From positions 2,432,001-2,496,000 of the forward strand of contig OZ245817.1 of NCBI GenBank assembly GCA_965228475.1: a stretch of 64,000 nucleotides of DNA. The letters are read 5' to 3'. The stretch comes from Myxococcota bacterium. Lineage in GTDB: Bacteria > Myxococcota_A > UBA9160 > JAFDDA01. The notes under the pieces are model-generated. The model was not told the DNA's origin and made no database searches. It worked only from the letters and a program-made list of their open reading frames with translations. This document shows positions 61,899 to 64,000 of this stretch, one piece after another; position 1 is the first letter of the stretch; the number at the start of each line of letters is the position of its first letter. The translations under genes were made by a program, and so were the position numbers.

Positions 61899-64000
61899 TC
61901 AAGCTGTCGCGCGGCTCCCCCAAAGAAACTCACGCGCGCGGCCCAGAAGCGGCTTCATCCCGAGAGCCTTCGCCTTCTCCTCCGACCGCAGCGCCATCTC
62001 GCGCGCCTTCCGCCCATCCCCGGGCCCGGCCCGCTTCCGAAGCAACTCCGCATACCCCAGCTCGATGTGCGCGACCCAGGGCGGCGCCTCCGCCGCCTCA
62101 GCCTGCGACAGCGCCTTCTCGAAGAGCTCCTCCGACCGCTCGTACTTGCCAGCCGTCATGGCCAAGCGCGCGAGGTAGTAGTTGACTGGGCGCCAGACGG
62201 CTACGGAGTAGACCACGACAAGGTACTGGTCTTCGTACGGGAACAACGCGTCGAACAACACCTCGGACCGACGCTTGTCGCCGAGAAGGACACATGGCTC
62301 GACGATCAGCGCGACACTGATCAACCACTCAGCTGTTTGCGGCAATCGAACAGCAGATGGCGAGACGATCTTCGCGAGGGCGGCCTTCGCCTCCTCCCGC
62401 CGGCCCGCGCCGGCGAGGAAATGGATTCGCGCGCACTCGTAGGCACGGAGTCGCGGATAGAGCAGCGCTTGGCGCTCGGCGATCGCGACCCCTTCGGCAA
62501 GGCTTCCGATCTCGATCTCTCGATAGAGTCTGTGAATCACAGCCGAGTTCTCGGCGTTCCGGTCGTTTAGCTCTCTCCCTCGCTCCTCAAAGCGTGCAGC
62601 ACACTCCTCCGCATCGCCCCACCTACCCTCTGTCATAGCCTGCATCGCAGAGAAGAGATCCCGATACCACAGCGCGCTTGGGTTGAGAGAAGCCGCGGCC
62701 TTCCTTGAGAACTCCGCGACCTCGACCTCCGCCGCCTCAAACTCTCCGACCTGAAGCAACCCGGTCAACCGATACAGGCGATACACGAGCTCCATCTCCC
62801 GGTCCTCGTTGTCGACAGCATGCGCGATCGCCCAACTCGCGAGCGCCGCCCTCTCAGACGCCCCACCTGGCCCCCAGCAGGCAACCTCCCTGGCCGTCGC
62901 AGCGAAGACTTGCGATTCCGGCGAGCCCGCCACTGCCGCCTTGTCCAACGCTTCTTGCGCAAGCCCCACACACTCGTCGTGTCGCACGGACCAATACAAT
63001 GCTATCGCCAGCTGACCGCAAACCTTGGCTTGAAGCTCTAGGGGAACCCGAGCGCCGAGTGAGCGGACTTCTTCAAGTGCCTCAATCAAGAATTCATCGA
63101 CTACGCCCGCCTCGATCGCGAAGAAGTCGGGCGCGTATCCGAGTGCCGCCCGGGCCAGCGTCTCTGGATCACCACACGCTCGTGCCAACTCCGCCGCGCG
63201 CTTGCAAGACCTCTCGGCCTCCCGGGGAAGGCCTGCTCGCCGCTGGGCCGTTCCTAGCCTTATCAGAAGATCCGCACGCAGCATCGGATCTGCCGGCCCC
63301 GCCCGATCTAGGAGATCGACGGACTCTTGCAGATACTCGACTGCCTCGGGGAACCCAAGATTCCTTGCCGACCACTCCGCAGCCTCTTCAAGCGTCTTCA
63401 GCCAGCCATCTGTGTCATCAAGCCTTCCCGCCGCGAGCCCATGCGGAGCCGCCAAACATGCGACCTCACCGACGAAGACACCATGTATGTCTCGCAGGGC
63501 TGAGACGACCCCCAGATGTGCACGAGAACGCTCCTCAGCAGAGAGAGAAGAGTACAGAACGTCCCTAAGAAGACCGTGCGCGAACACAAACTCGAGAGGC
63601 CCAACCTGACGGAGGATTGCCGCACCGACTCCCTCCTCGAGTTCCGGCAGAACCTCCGCGGGCTCTCGCCCTAGCAAGCGACTCAGGACCCCCACATTCG
63701 GCTCTTGCCCCACGACAGCCGCCGCCTGCAAGACATCTCGAGTCTCGGCTCTGAGGCGATCGAGTCGCGCTTCGAGCATCGCCTCGACGCCTGGAGCTAC
63801 CCAGCCCACCGGAACTGATCTCATCCCCGCCATCTTCATCTCATGGGCGAACTGCTCAAGAGCGAAAGGATTTCCTGCGGTTCGCGCCATCAGCTGGTCC
63901 ACCGTATCCTCGTCAAAGCCCTCGCAGCCAAGCCCACCCAAGAGGGAAATTCCCTCTCCTCTAGTCAGCCCGTGCAGGGCCACCGTGTTGACAGGGCTTA
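61899..64000 (-). CDS. STAND/AAA ATPase-TPR regulator-like protein, C-terminal part (5' end outside window)
   Basis: RTAGNPFALEQ, ARLDRL, LQAAAVVG, FAHGLLRDVLY, TPR-like helical repeats. Confidence 0.8.
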   Translation of the reverse strand, partial: SPVNTVALHGLTRGEGISLLGGLGCEGFDEDTVDQLMARTAGNPFALEQFAHEMKMAGMRSVPVGWVAPGVEAMLEARLDRLRAETRDVLQAAAVVGQEPNVGVLSRLLGREPAEVLPELEEGVGAAILRQVGPLEFVFAHGLLRDVLYSSLSAEERSRAHLGVVSALRDIHGVFVGEVACLAAPHGLAAGRLDDTDGWLKTLEEAAEWSARNLGFPEAVEYLQESVDLLDRAGPADPMLRADLLIRLGTAQRRAGLPREAERSCKRAAELARACGDPETLARAALGYAPDFFAIEAGVVDEFLIEALEEVRSLGARVPLELQAKVCGQLAIALYWSVRHDECVGLAQEALDKAAVAGSPESQVFAATAREVACWGPGGASERAALASWAIAHAVDNEDREMELVYRLYRLTGLLQVGEFEAAEVEVAEFSRKAAASLNPSALWYRDLFSAMQAMTEGRWGDAEECAARFEERGRELNDRNAENSAVIHRLYREIEIGSLAEGVAIAERQALLYPRLRAYECARIHFLAGAGRREEAKAALAKIVSPSAVRLPQTAEWLISVALIVEPCVLLGDKRRSEVLFDALFPYEDQYLVVVYSVAVWRPVNYYLARLAMTAGKYERSEELFEKALSQAEAAEAPPWVAHIELGYAELLRKRAGPGDGRKAREMALRSEEKAKALGMKPLLGRAREFLWGSRATA

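Overview
GC-rich bacterial chromosomal window, mostly housekeeping genes on the minus strand. Gene content and order (cdaA-cdaR-glmM after ftsH-folP, ATC-started infC with a C-terminal tail, DUF4388 signalling proteins) suggest a Myxococcota/deltaproteobacterium-like organism; this is an inference. It contains: tRNA-Pro(GGG), tRNA-Val(GAC) and tRNA-Met(CAT); infC-rpmI-rplT-pheS-pheT-ihfA-merR; guaB-guaA-dnaE; miaB followed by a two-gene degenerate signalling pair; ribBA with a MoxR/VWA/site-2-protease cluster; a B12-dependent acyl-CoA mutase operon (merR-icmF-scpA-meaB); an MBOAT O-acyltransferase pair; iscS-mnmA-rnc-era; tilS-ftsH-folP-cdaA-cdaR-glmM-nnr-tsaE-lysC; a lipid-metabolism cluster with a eukaryote-like neutral sphingomyelinase; and a compositionally atypical ATPase/TPR gene cut by the right edge. 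No CRISPR array, transposase, integrase or phage gene was seen. The best unexplained signals are a stand-alone promoter-plus-terminator small RNA candidate at about 23.84-23.96 kb, a REC-GAF-degenerate GGDEF / pseudoREC-DUF4388-pseudoGTPase gene pair, several structured leaders (infC, rplT, ribBA, ompA-family gene) and the SMPD2/Isc1-like enzyme. All calls come from motif recognition and manual base-pairing; no database searches or folding programs were run.
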